A stretch of DNA of 62,896 nt from a virus (lineage: Duplodnaviria; Caudoviricetes), in IMG/VR virus record IMGVR_UViG_3300020732_000013, positions 1-62,896 of that record. One strand, given 5' to 3'. Positions 27,378-36,546 of the stretch are shown piece after piece. The position numbers and the translations under genes were made by a program. Numbering within the stretch: position 1 is the first letter of the stretch; each line of letters begins with the position of its first letter. Under the pieces are notes generated by a model that did not search any database, had not been told where the DNA came from, and saw nothing but the letters and a program-made list of their open reading frames with translations.

Positions 27378-28905
27378 CGCTTCGGCAATATTGGCCCCGG
27401 GCTTGTCAGCATCGGACATCGCGAGGCTCCGTGCGGCCCTTCCGACCATGCCGGAGGCACAAAAGCGCAAAACGGCAGAGTTGTTGGTCAAGTATTACAA
27501 AGAAAAAGTCAAAAAAGTCGGAAAAGACGATTTTTTATCTTTTATCAAGCACGTTTACCCCGGTTACAAAGTCGGTCCGCACCATTATCGGCTTGCCAAG
27601 ATCTTTGAAGACGTTGCCGCAGGGCAGAAAAAACGTGTGATCGTTAATATTGCCCCCCGTCATGGCAAGTCGGAGATGATTTCCTACCTTGCACCGGCAT
27701 GGTTCTTGGGGAAATACCCCCAGAAAAAGGTCATCATGGCCTCTCACACTGCCGATTTGGCGGTCAATTTCGGTCGTCGGGTGCGAAATCTGGTCGGTTC
27801 CGACCTCTATAAAGACATTTTTCCGCAGGTGGAACTGCAAGCCGACAGTAAGTCGGCCTCGCGATGGGGGACGAACTTCAATGGAGAGTATTTCGCTATC
27901 GGTGTGGGCGGCGCTCTCGCTGGTCGGGGTGCTGATCTATTCATTATTGACGATCCGCACTCTGAACAGGATGCAAAACAAGGGTTGCCCCATGTGTTTG
28001 AACCGGCGTGGGAGTGGTTCCAGTCGGGTCCAATCCAACGTCTGATGCCCGGAGGCGCGATCATCGTCGTCATGACGCGGTGGTCGAAGGCGGATCTCAC
28101 GGGGCAGATCATTGACCACATGGTCAAGAACGAGGACTCGGCGGAGTGGGAGGTGGTCGAGTTCCCCGCCATCCTGAACGATCAGCCGCTCTGGCCCGAG
28201 TTCTGGCCCTTGGAGGAGTTGCTCGCCAAGAAGGCCGACATGGACGTGCGGTACTGGCAAGCCCAGTACATGCAGCAGCCGACGTCCGAAGAGGGCGCGT
28301 TACTTAAAAGAGAGTGGTGGCAGATCTGGGAGGCGGAGTCCCCGCCCCAGTGCGAGTTCATCATCATGAGCCTCGACGCGGCCCAAGAGGCTAATAACCG
28401 AGCCGACTACAACGCGTTAACGGTCTGGGGCGTGTTCTTCAACGAAGAAACCAAGTCACGTAACATTATTCTACTCAATGCCATCAAGGAACGTCTAGAA
28501 TTCCCCGAGTTGAAGGCGATGGTCTTAGAGCAGTACAACGAATGGAAGCCCGACTCTTTCATCGTTGAGAAGAAGTCTAACGGAGCGGCACTCTACCAAG
28601 AGATGCGCCGGATGGGCGTTCCACTCAGCGAGTTCACCCCCGGCAAAGGGCAGGACAAGATCAGCCGAGTCAACTCGGTGACGGACTTGTTCTCCTCGGG
28701 GATGGTGTGGGCACCCGACCGTCGTTGGGCGTTTGAGGTCATTGAAGAGTGTAACGACTTCCCGGCAGGGCGCAACGATGACTTGGTTGATAGTACCTCT
28801 CTTGCTCTTATGCGTTTTCGGCAGGGTGGCTTTATACGTCTACCTTCTGATGAGCCAGAGCCGATCCAATTATTCCGATCCCGCCGACGCGGAGGATATT
28901 ACTAA
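27367..28905 (+). CDS. terL: Terminase large subunit
   Basis: NIAPRHGKS, IIDDPH, VMTRW and YMQQP; RNase-H-like SLDAA, IVEKKSNG and NDDLVDS. Confidence 0.95.
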   Translation: MKPNASAILAPGLSASDIARLRAALPTMPEAQKRKTAELLVKYYKEKVKKVGKDDFLSFIKHVYPGYKVGPHHYRLAKIFEDVAAGQKKRVIVNIAPRHGKSEMISYLAPAWFLGKYPQKKVIMASHTADLAVNFGRRVRNLVGSDLYKDIFPQVELQADSKSASRWGTNFNGEYFAIGVGGALAGRGADLFIIDDPHSEQDAKQGLPHVFEPAWEWFQSGPIQRLMPGGAIIVVMTRWSKADLTGQIIDHMVKNEDSAEWEVVEFPAILNDQPLWPEFWPLEELLAKKADMDVRYWQAQYMQQPTSEEGALLKREWWQIWEAESPPQCEFIIMSLDAAQEANNRADYNALTVWGVFFNEETKSRNIILLNAIKERLEFPELKAMVLEQYNEWKPDSFIVEKKSNGAALYQEMRRMGVPLSEFTPGKGQDKISRVNSVTDLFSSGMVWAPDRRWAFEVIEECNDFPAGRNDDLVDSTSLALMRFRQGGFIRLPSDEPEPIQLFRSRRRGGYY

Positions 28906-31638
28906 ATGAGTATCGACAAGTCCCTGTACGCCGCCCCGCAGGGGCTTGGCGCATTGGATCAAGACCCGATCAGCGTAGAGATCGTGGACCCAGAAGAAGT
29001 GCATATCAAAGGCCCCGGCTTTGAGATGCACATGGAGCATGGCAACGAAACGGAGTTCGATGTCAACCTTGCCGAGTTGATGCCCGAGAATCAACTCATG
29101 TCGCTCGCCTACGACCTGTTGGGCGATGTCGAGGACGACATGTCGAGCCGCAAGGATTGGCTCGACACCTATGTCAAAGGTCTTCAACTCTTAGGTCTCA
29201 AGTACGAAGAACGGACGGAGCCGTGGCCCGGAGCGTGTGGCGTCTACCACCCGCTTTTGATGGAGGCGGCGGTCAAGTTCCAGTCCGAGACCATCATGGA
29301 GACCTTCCCGTCGGCGGGGCCGGTGCGCACCGTGATCATCGGCAAGGAGACGCCGGACAAGAAAGACGCTGCCGCGCGTGTCGAAGCGGACATGAACTTT
29401 GAGATGACCGAGATCATGCAGGAGTACCGCCCTGAGCATGAGCGGGCGCTCCTGACGGTGGCTCTTGCGGGCAACGCCTTCAAGAAGATTTATTTCGACC
29501 CGTCAATGGGGCGGCAGGTGGCTCCCTTCATCGCGCCGGAGGACATCATCGTCCCCTACGGCGCTGCCAACATTGAGACGGCGGAGCGCATCACACACCG
29601 GATGCGGAAGACCAAAAACGAACTGCGCAAATTGCAGGTAGCAGGGTTCTACCGCGATGTAGATCTTGGGGATCCACTGCGCGTCATGGACGAAGTTGAA
29701 AAGCGTAAAGCCGAACAGCAAGGCTTCAGCGCTTCGATGGACGAGCGTTTTCAGATTCTTGAGATTCATTGCAATCTCGACCTTCCCGGTTATGAGGATG
29801 AAGATGCGGCTGGCCCCACGGGGATCAAACTTCCCTACGTGGTAACGGTCGAGAAAGGCACTTCAACAGTCCTCGCGATCCGTCGCAATTGGTTGGAGGA
29901 GGACAAACTCAAACTGCGTCGGCAGCATTTTACGCACTACGGTTACATTCCGGGTTTCGGCTTTTATTACTTTGGTCTTATTCATCTCATCGGCGGTCAT
30001 AGCAAAGCAGCGACATCACTGATCCGGCAACTCATCGACGCCGGTACGCTGTCCAACCTCCCCGGTGGCCTCAAGTCCAAGGGACTGCGGGTCAAAGGCG
30101 ATGACACTCCCATCGCTCCGGGCGAGTTTCGCGACGTGGACCTTCCCTCGGGTTCCATACGAGACAACATCCTCCCCCTTCCGTACAAGGAGCCGTCGCA
30201 GGTGCTTGCGGCGCTCATGGACAAGGTGGTTGACGATGCACGCCGGTTTGCAGGTTCGGCTGACCTGAACGTCAGCGATATGTCGGCACAAGCCCCGGTC
30301 GGTACGACCTTGGCAGTGCTTGAGCGGCAGTTGAAAGTGATGGGGGCCATTCAGGCTCGCATCCACTATACGATGAAGCAGGAGTTCAAACTTCTCGCGG
30401 CAATCATTAGAGACAACACGCCGGAGAAGTACGACTATGAACCTGAAACTGGAAGCCCTTCTGCAAAACGTTCAGATTACGATCATTGCGACGTTCTACC
30501 TGTCTCTGATCCTAATGCATCCACAATGGCGCAGCGTGTGGTGCAGTATCAAGCAGTTCTTCAACTCGCTCAAACAGCGCCTCAAATCTACAATCTGCCG
30601 TTTCTTCACCGGCAAATGATTGAGACCATCGGGGTCAAGAACGCCGCGAAGATTGTGCCCATGAAGGATGACATGCAGCCGGTCGATCCGGTGAGCGAGA
30701 ACATGTTCATCCTCGTGGGCAAGCCGGTGAAGGCGTTCATGTATCAAGACCATGATGCTCATATCCAGACGCACATGGCGGCGATGCAGGATCCGTCGAT
30801 GCAGAAGATCATCGGACAGAATCCGCAAGCGCAAGCGATCATGGCGGCGGGCGCTGCCCACTTGATGGAGCATGTGGCGTTCAAGTATCGCGCTGACCTT
30901 CAGAAACAGTTGGGCGCAGAACTGCCACCACCGCCAGACCTCGACAATGACATGGGCTATCTGCCACCACAGATTGAAGTCCAACTCTCGTCACTGGTAG
31001 CCCAAGCAGCGCAGCAGTTGCTCCAGAACAATCAGCAGCAAGCGGCACAGCAGCAAGCGCAGCAGCAGATGCAGGATCCGCTCATCCAGATGCAGCAGCA
31101 GGAACTCCAGATCAAACAGCAGGAGGTCCAGATCAAAGCGCAGATGGCACAGACCGAAGCGCAGGTTGCACAGCAGGAGATTCAACTCAAGCAGCAGCAA
31201 GCCCAACTTCAGGCGCAGTTGCAGCAAGCCGAGCAGCAGCGTAAGGCCAAGAAGGACATGTTGGACGCAGCGGGTCGCGCCGATGAGTTGAAGTTGAAGC
31301 AGTTGGAACTGCAAGTCACTCACGAGATGAGCGGGGCGAAACTGGGCGCGGACATCGCGCACAAGAAGCACACTCACATCGCACAGGTTGCTAATCAGGC
31401 TGATCAACACACGTTGAACGAATCCAAGCACGAGTTGGAGGGAGCCAAACTGGGCGCGGACTTAGCCCACAAAAAGGCTACGCACGTCGCTGACGTGGCG
31501 CACAAGTTAGACGAGCATGCCATTCGCCGCAAAGAAATTAAGAAGATGGCGGAAGGCGGCGAAGTGAAGTCGGGCAAATACGAAGAAGATCAGTCCGGTG
31601 AGGACAGTAGTGACGATGACGATGACGATAACGACTGA
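28906..31638 (+). CDS. Portal protein with a long Q-rich barrel and extended C-terminus
   Basis: Follows terL; PWPGACGVYHPLL and LIDAGTLSNLPGG; Q-rich coiled coil as in P22-like portals. Confidence 0.88.
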   Translation: MSIDKSLYAAPQGLGALDQDPISVEIVDPEEVHIKGPGFEMHMEHGNETEFDVNLAELMPENQLMSLAYDLLGDVEDDMSSRKDWLDTYVKGLQLLGLKYEERTEPWPGACGVYHPLLMEAAVKFQSETIMETFPSAGPVRTVIIGKETPDKKDAAARVEADMNFEMTEIMQEYRPEHERALLTVALAGNAFKKIYFDPSMGRQVAPFIAPEDIIVPYGAANIETAERITHRMRKTKNELRKLQVAGFYRDVDLGDPLRVMDEVEKRKAEQQGFSASMDERFQILEIHCNLDLPGYEDEDAAGPTGIKLPYVVTVEKGTSTVLAIRRNWLEEDKLKLRRQHFTHYGYIPGFGFYYFGLIHLIGGHSKAATSLIRQLIDAGTLSNLPGGLKSKGLRVKGDDTPIAPGEFRDVDLPSGSIRDNILPLPYKEPSQVLAALMDKVVDDARRFAGSADLNVSDMSAQAPVGTTLAVLERQLKVMGAIQARIHYTMKQEFKLLAAIIRDNTPEKYDYEPETGSPSAKRSDYDHCDVLPVSDPNASTMAQRVVQYQAVLQLAQTAPQIYNLPFLHRQMIETIGVKNAAKIVPMKDDMQPVDPVSENMFILVGKPVKAFMYQDHDAHIQTHMAAMQDPSMQKIIGQNPQAQAIMAAGAAHLMEHVAFKYRADLQKQLGAELPPPPDLDNDMGYLPPQIEVQLSSLVAQAAQQLLQNNQQQAAQQQAQQQMQDPLIQMQQQELQIKQQEVQIKAQMAQTEAQVAQQEIQLKQQQAQLQAQLQQAEQQRKAKKDMLDAAGRADELKLKQLELQVTHEMSGAKLGADIAHKKHTHIAQVANQADQHTLNESKHELEGAKLGADLAHKKATHVADVAHKLDEHAIRRKEIKKMAEGGEVKSGKYEEDQSGEDSSDDDDDDND

Positions 31639-31649
31639 GGAGGTCGCAA

Positions 31650-31859
31650 ATGCAGACAGATACCGCTGCGGAGTTTCTTGTCAGGAAAATCCGACAACAG
31701 CGCGAACGGATCGTGGAGAACATGACGCGAGGGATGGATTTTGAACCTTTTTATCACCGAGCCGTTGGGCAGGTGGAGGGTTTGGATTACGCCGTTGCGT
31801 TGATTAACGACACCGCAAAACGTGTCGCAAACGACGAGGAGTTGAATGACGATGAGTGA
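31650..31859 (+). CDS. Small conserved head-module protein
   Basis: GAGGAGG RBS; Y...VGQVEGL motif; sits between portal and GroES. Confidence 0.65.
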   Translation: MQTDTAAEFLVRKIRQQRERIVENMTRGMDFEPFYHRAVGQVEGLDYAVALINDTAKRVANDEELNDDE

Positions 31860-32238
31860 CATCAACGTCGATAAGACGCTCTCTGAAGCAGAGCGCAAAG
31901 CCAAGCAGTTGCCGGACCCGTCAGGGTTCAAACTGCTGTGCATGGTGCCCAAGGTTGAAGAAGAGTTTGGCGGCACGGGGATCATCAAGTCCTCGGAGTC
32001 CGTCAAAGTCGAAGAACAGACCACCATCGTCCTGTTCGTGGCGAAGGTGGGGCCGGATGCTTACAAAGATCCGACTCGGTTCCCGTCAGGGCCGTGGTGC
32101 AAGGTCGGCGACTTCGTGGTCGTTCGGGCTTACAGCGGCACCCGCATCAAGATCCACGGAACAGAGTGGAGAATCATTAACGACGACACGGTGGACGGGA
32201 CGGTCGAAGACCCCCGTGGCATCGGTCGCGCAGGATAA
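31846..32238 (+). CDS. groES: Phage co-chaperonin GroES (Cpn10)
   Basis: PSGFKLL, GGTGII, VAKVGPDAY, KVGDFV and GTRIKIHGTEWRIINDD. Confidence 0.88.
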   Translation: MTMSDINVDKTLSEAERKAKQLPDPSGFKLLCMVPKVEEEFGGTGIIKSSESVKVEEQTTIVLFVAKVGPDAYKDPTRFPSGPWCKVGDFVVVRAYSGTRIKIHGTEWRIINDDTVDGTVEDPRGIGRAG

Positions 32239-32247
32239 GGAGTAGTT

Positions 32248-33144
32248 ATGGTTGAAGATAATAATGAGTTCAAGGTCGAGATAGAGGACGACGCCCCTGT
32301 CGAAGACCGTAACAAGGCCCCTATGCCCGAAGAACTCGTCAAGGAGTTGGAGAAGGACGACCTTGAGGAGTACTCCGAAAAGGTTCAGACCCGCATCAAG
32401 CAGATGAAGAAAGTCTTCCACGACGAGCGTCGGGCCAAAGAAGCCGCTGCTCGGGAACGTGAGGAGGCTCTCCGCTTTGCTCAACAGGCTTATGAAGAAA
32501 ATAAGCAGTTGAAACAGCGACTTAGCGCGGGCGAGAAAATCTTCGCCAAAGAGACTACTAATGCAGCGACCATTGAGGTCAATGCGGCTAAGGCAGCGCT
32601 CAAGGCAGCGTACGAAACGGGTGATCCGGATCGGATTACTGAGGCTCAAGATGCACTGACGGATGCGAAACTCAAACTTCGCGATGTAGCGTCATTTAGA
32701 CCCTCTTTACCTGATGATGAAAATGGTGTACAACACCACCAACAGAATCCTGTCCCAAATCACCAACCCGTCGTGGACCCAAAAGCCAAGACGTGGAAGG
32801 ACAAAAATCCTTGGTTTGGGAAAGACGCGGAGATGACCGCCCTCGCACTGGGTCTGCATGAGAAACTGGTCCGTTCAGGAGTCGATCCGACAAGCGACGA
32901 CTACTACGAACGAGTCGATAAGACGATGAAAAAACGCTTCCCTGAATACTTCAGTGAAGACGCAGATGATATCGAGGACCCCCCTCCTCGCAAGACCAGC
33001 ACTGTTGTGGCTCCCGCTACACGGTCTTCTGCACCCCGACAGATCCGAATCACGGCCTCTCAGGCTGCAATTGCTAAACGATTAGGGATTAGTCCGGAAC
33101 AGTACGCCCGTGAAGTCTTGAAACTGGAGAACCGCAATGGCTGA
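32248..33144 (+). CDS. Capsid scaffolding protein
   Basis: Acidic coiled coil; W...NPWFG; C-terminal AIAKRLGISPEQYA. Confidence 0.75.
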   Translation: MVEDNNEFKVEIEDDAPVEDRNKAPMPEELVKELEKDDLEEYSEKVQTRIKQMKKVFHDERRAKEAAAREREEALRFAQQAYEENKQLKQRLSAGEKIFAKETTNAATIEVNAAKAALKAAYETGDPDRITEAQDALTDAKLKLRDVASFRPSLPDDENGVQHHQQNPVPNHQPVVDPKAKTWKDKNPWFGKDAEMTALALGLHEKLVRSGVDPTSDDYYERVDKTMKKRFPEYFSEDADDIEDPPPRKTSTVVAPATRSSAPRQIRITASQAAIAKRLGISPEQYAREVLKLENRNG

Positions 33145-33598
33145 AAATCGTCTGACTCGTGAAATGGAAAATCGTGAAACGACCAAGCGCAAGATGGTTT
33201 GGCGTCCGGCGTCGATCCTCCCTGAACCTAACGCTGTCCCCGGCTGGAAATTTAAGTACATTCGTACGGCAGTAATGGGTCAGAACGATCCGACCAACGT
33301 TTCCACTATGTTCCGTGAAGGTTGGGAGCCTGTGAAGGCGACTGAAGTTCCGGAGATCATGCATCAGCGAGACAACAATCCCAACAGTCGGTATCCCGAC
33401 TGCGTGGAGATTGGCGGTCTGTTGCTTTGCAAAGCCCCAGAAGAACTTGTCAATTCTCGTCGTGAACACTTCGAGGATCTGGCTCGCCGTCAACTGGAGG
33501 CCGTCGATAACAATATGTTGTCCCAGAAAGACCGTCGGTCGAACATGGACATGTTCACCGAAAAGAAATCTCAGGTCTCTTTCGGACGTGGCAAATAA
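33137..33598 (+). CDS. Conserved head-module protein
   Basis: WRPASILP, REGWEPV and IGGLLLCK; between scaffold and capsid genes. Confidence 0.7.
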   Translation: MAENRLTREMENRETTKRKMVWRPASILPEPNAVPGWKFKYIRTAVMGQNDPTNVSTMFREGWEPVKATEVPEIMHQRDNNPNSRYPDCVEIGGLLLCKAPEELVNSRREHFEDLARRQLEAVDNNMLSQKDRRSNMDMFTEKKSQVSFGRGK

Positions 33599-33614
33599 CT
33601 TTTAGGAGTCTTCA

Positions 33615-34601
33615 ATGGCTTATCCTACTGTCTCAGCACCTTACGGCTTCAAGCCCGTAAACTTGCAGGGCGGTCGGGTCTTCTCGGGTTCGACCCGTAT
33701 GATTCCGATCCCCACGGGTTATACAAATAACCTGTTCAATGGTGACCTTGTGGGTCTCAGCAACGGCTCGCTTGCCGTTACCGCCTACGGTCCCGCTTCT
33801 GGTGCGACGCCTGTGTCCGCAGCAGCGGCAGGTGCCGGTGTCGGCATTTTCGTTGGTTGTGAATACACCAACACGAGTTCGGCGGGCGCAGCCCAAGGTC
33901 CGATCTACGGTAAGAACCGTTACCAGTATTGGCAGGGCGGCACGTATGCGTCGGATGCCATCGGCTATGTGGTCGATGACCCGCTCGCGTATTTCCGCGT
34001 TGCGGTTCTTCAGCAGCCACAGGCCGGTGTGTCTAACGCTCCGGGTACGACGATTGGCTACATGTCGCAATCGTTCCTCGGTACGAACGCCTATGTCATC
34101 ACCAACAGCATCCTTGGCGGCACCAACTCGGGTAATACCGCGACGGGTGACTCGGCAATGGGTGTGACGGGTACGGCTCCGGCGGCGGGTGCGAACGCGG
34201 GTAACGGTCGCAATACCTCGACCCTTCCGTTCCGCATCATTCAGTTGGTTCCGGATACGGCGGTTACGGTCACCACGACCAACGGCAGTACGGCACTTTC
34301 GTCTGCTACGACTTCCAGTTTGACGGTTTCGTCCGCTACCGGCATTCAGCCGGGAATGCAGATCTGGTTCAGTGGCTCGGCTGTTGCGGGCGCTCGTCAG
34401 GGCGACTTCAGTACGGTTACGGGTGTCAGCGGTACGACCGTTACCTTCACCGCGCCTCGCGGTACGGGTTCGGGCAGCACCATCGACTTCAGCGGTACCA
34501 ACTTTGCGGCTGGCGGTACGGTTTACTTCATCGGTTATCCGGAAGTGATCGTTGGCTGGAACTTTGGTTATCAGTCGTACAACCTTGCCGCTGGCGTCTA
34601 A
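33615..34601 (+). CDS. Putative capsid decoration/minor head protein
   Basis: APYGFKPV, GIFVGCEY and VVDDP; directly upstream of the major capsid gene. Confidence 0.65.
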   Translation: MAYPTVSAPYGFKPVNLQGGRVFSGSTRMIPIPTGYTNNLFNGDLVGLSNGSLAVTAYGPASGATPVSAAAAGAGVGIFVGCEYTNTSSAGAAQGPIYGKNRYQYWQGGTYASDAIGYVVDDPLAYFRVAVLQQPQAGVSNAPGTTIGYMSQSFLGTNAYVITNSILGGTNSGNTATGDSAMGVTGTAPAAGANAGNGRNTSTLPFRIIQLVPDTAVTVTTTNGSTALSSATTSSLTVSSATGIQPGMQIWFSGSAVAGARQGDFSTVTGVSGTTVTFTAPRGTGSGSTIDFSGTNFAAGGTVYFIGYPEVIVGWNFGYQSYNLAAGV

Positions 34602-34614
34602 GGAGTAATTACAA

Positions 34615-35517
34615 ATGGCAATTTCACGCGCACAACTCCTTAAGGAACTGCTCCCCGGCCTGAACGCTCTGTTCGGTCTTGAGTATGCTTCCTACGGTGA
34701 GGAGCATAAGGAACTGTTTGAGGTCGAGACCTCTGAGCGTTCGTTTGAAGAAGAGACGAAACTCTCGGGCTTCAACGCGGCTCCGGTGAAGAACGAAGGT
34801 CAGGCGATTGCGTACGACAACGCGCAGGAAGCATGGACCGCTCGTTACAACCACGAGACCATCGCTCTCGGCTTCTCCATCACTGAAGAAGCGATTGAAG
34901 ATAACCTGTACGACTCGCTGTCGAAGCGTTACACCAAGGCACTCGCTCGTGCTATGGCGTACACCAAGCAGTACAAGGCGGCTTCGGTTATCAACAACGG
35001 CTTCTCCAGCCAGTACAACGGTGGCGATGGCGTCCCGCTGTTCTCGACGGCTCACCCGTTGGTTTCGGGTGCGACCAACAGCAACACGATCTCCACCTCG
35101 CCTGACCTGAACGAAACGTCGCTTGAAGCGATCACGATTCAGATCGCCGGTTGGACGGACGAGCGCGGTCTGTTGATCGCCGCGAAGCCGCGCAAGTTGG
35201 TGGTGCCGCCGAGCCAGATGTTCGTTGCCAAGCGTCTTCTCGACACGGAACTCCGTGTCGGCACGACCGATAACGACATCAACGCTCTGAAGTCGATGGG
35301 CACGATCTCGGAAGGCTTCAAGGTCAACCACTTCTTGACTGACACCCACGGCTACTACGTCCTCACCGACGTGCCGAACGGTCTGAAGATGTTTGAGCGT
35401 GTTTCGCTTCAGAACAGCATGGACGGTGACTTCGATACGGGCAACGTGCGGTACAAGAGCCGCGAACGTTACTCGTTCGGTTGGTCGGATCCGCTCGGCG
35501 TGTTCGGCGTGGCCTGA
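34615..35517 (+). CDS. Major capsid protein (Mu gpT-like family)
   Basis: MAISRAQLLKELLPGLNALFG, DGVPLFSTAHP and RERYSFGWSDP; AAGGAG RBS; followed by a terminator. Confidence 0.9.
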   Translation: MAISRAQLLKELLPGLNALFGLEYASYGEEHKELFEVETSERSFEEETKLSGFNAAPVKNEGQAIAYDNAQEAWTARYNHETIALGFSITEEAIEDNLYDSLSKRYTKALARAMAYTKQYKAASVINNGFSSQYNGGDGVPLFSTAHPLVSGATNSNTISTSPDLNETSLEAITIQIAGWTDERGLLIAAKPRKLVVPPSQMFVAKRLLDTELRVGTTDNDINALKSMGTISEGFKVNHFLTDTHGYYVLTDVPNGLKMFERVSLQNSMDGDFDTGNVRYKSRERYSFGWSDPLGVFGVA

Positions 35518-35522
35518 TGACG

Positions 35523-35547
35523 AAGGGGGGCTTCAGCCCCCCTTTTT
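35523..35547 (+). terminator. Intrinsic terminator after the capsid gene
   Basis: GGGGGGC-TTCA-GCCCCCC-TTTTT. Confidence 0.85.
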
Positions 35548-35603
35548 CTGGGATTAATGAGTTACGTAGACTGACCCAGCAGACGTTGCAGAGACTACGT
35601 AGC
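35548..35603 (+). ncRNA. Structured element downstream of the gpT-like capsid gene, probably the Mu-gpT-DE RNA motif
   Basis: Stem TACGTAG (35563-35569)/CTACGTA (35595-35601); CTGGG (35548-35552) can pair with loop CCCAG (35575-35579) as a pseudoknot; genomic position fits the described motif. Confidence 0.55.
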
Positions 35604-35639
35604 GATAGATGACCCCCTGCAAGGGGTAAGGAATGTATC

Positions 35640-36521
35640 ATGGCACTTGCTACTCATCTTGGCCCGTGGCTCGTTGGCACGGTTAAGAATCCGTCGAACA
35701 CTTCGACGACTGTTTCTTCGTCTCAGATCGGCACGTACCGCAATTGCGGCGCGACCGTTGCTGTTCAGACTTCCCCCGGTGGTCTCCTTTACACCACCAC
35801 GTCGAATACGACGCTGACCTCCCCGGGTAACGTCGTTAATGCGGTAGGCGGCACGAGCAGCACCACACTGACGTTGACCGCTACTAACGCGAATATTGTT
35901 TCCGGTATGACGGTTGTTGGCCCCGGCATTGCTGCGGGTACGACGGTCACGTCGGTTTCGGGTACGGCGGTTACGCTGTCGGCTGCGGTCTCCTCGTCCG
36001 CGACCTCTCCGGCTCCGTTCCTGTTCTATGTTGCGACTGCGGGCTATAACAACAATCCGCTCGTGATCCCGGCGGGTTCGCTGATCACCAATATGTACGT
36101 CGACGTTCTGACTGCGTTCAATGCGACCGGTACGACTTCTACGACCGGCACGATCACGATCAGCCTGTTGAACAGCACGGCTACGTACACGTTGGCGACT
36201 TTGGTCTCCACGAGCACTACGTCGGGTTCGTTCGCTGTGGGTCGTTATGCTCTTGGTGCAGCGCAGACGGGCGCTACTGGTCCTACCATCAACTTCAACA
36301 CGACTGCGATTGGTGCAATGCTCTTGACCAATATCAGTTCGGGTCAGAACACTCCGACGGACGGCATCATTCAGGTGAAGTACGGCGATGCGTCGACGGG
36401 TACATTGACCACGGCTACGACCGGTATGGCGTCTGTCACGATTGAATATGCTGTGCGTAATCCGGATGGCACGTACTTCCCGCAGTCGCCGAACCCTGCT
36501 TACACTAACGTGGTGTATTAA
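35640..36521 (+). CDS. Thr/Ser-rich virion structural protein (head-associated)
   Basis: THLGPW.VGT N-terminus; follows the capsid gene; inserted beta-module. Confidence 0.7.
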   Translation: MALATHLGPWLVGTVKNPSNTSTTVSSSQIGTYRNCGATVAVQTSPGGLLYTTTSNTTLTSPGNVVNAVGGTSSTTLTLTATNANIVSGMTVVGPGIAAGTTVTSVSGTAVTLSAAVSSSATSPAPFLFYVATAGYNNNPLVIPAGSLITNMYVDVLTAFNATGTTSTTGTITISLLNSTATYTLATLVSTSTTSGSFAVGRYALGAAQTGATGPTINFNTTAIGAMLLTNISSGQNTPTDGIIQVKYGDASTGTLTTATTGMASVTIEYAVRNPDGTYFPQSPNPAYTNVVY

Positions 36522-36546
36522 TTCTCTGATTCATTAGGAGATTGGT

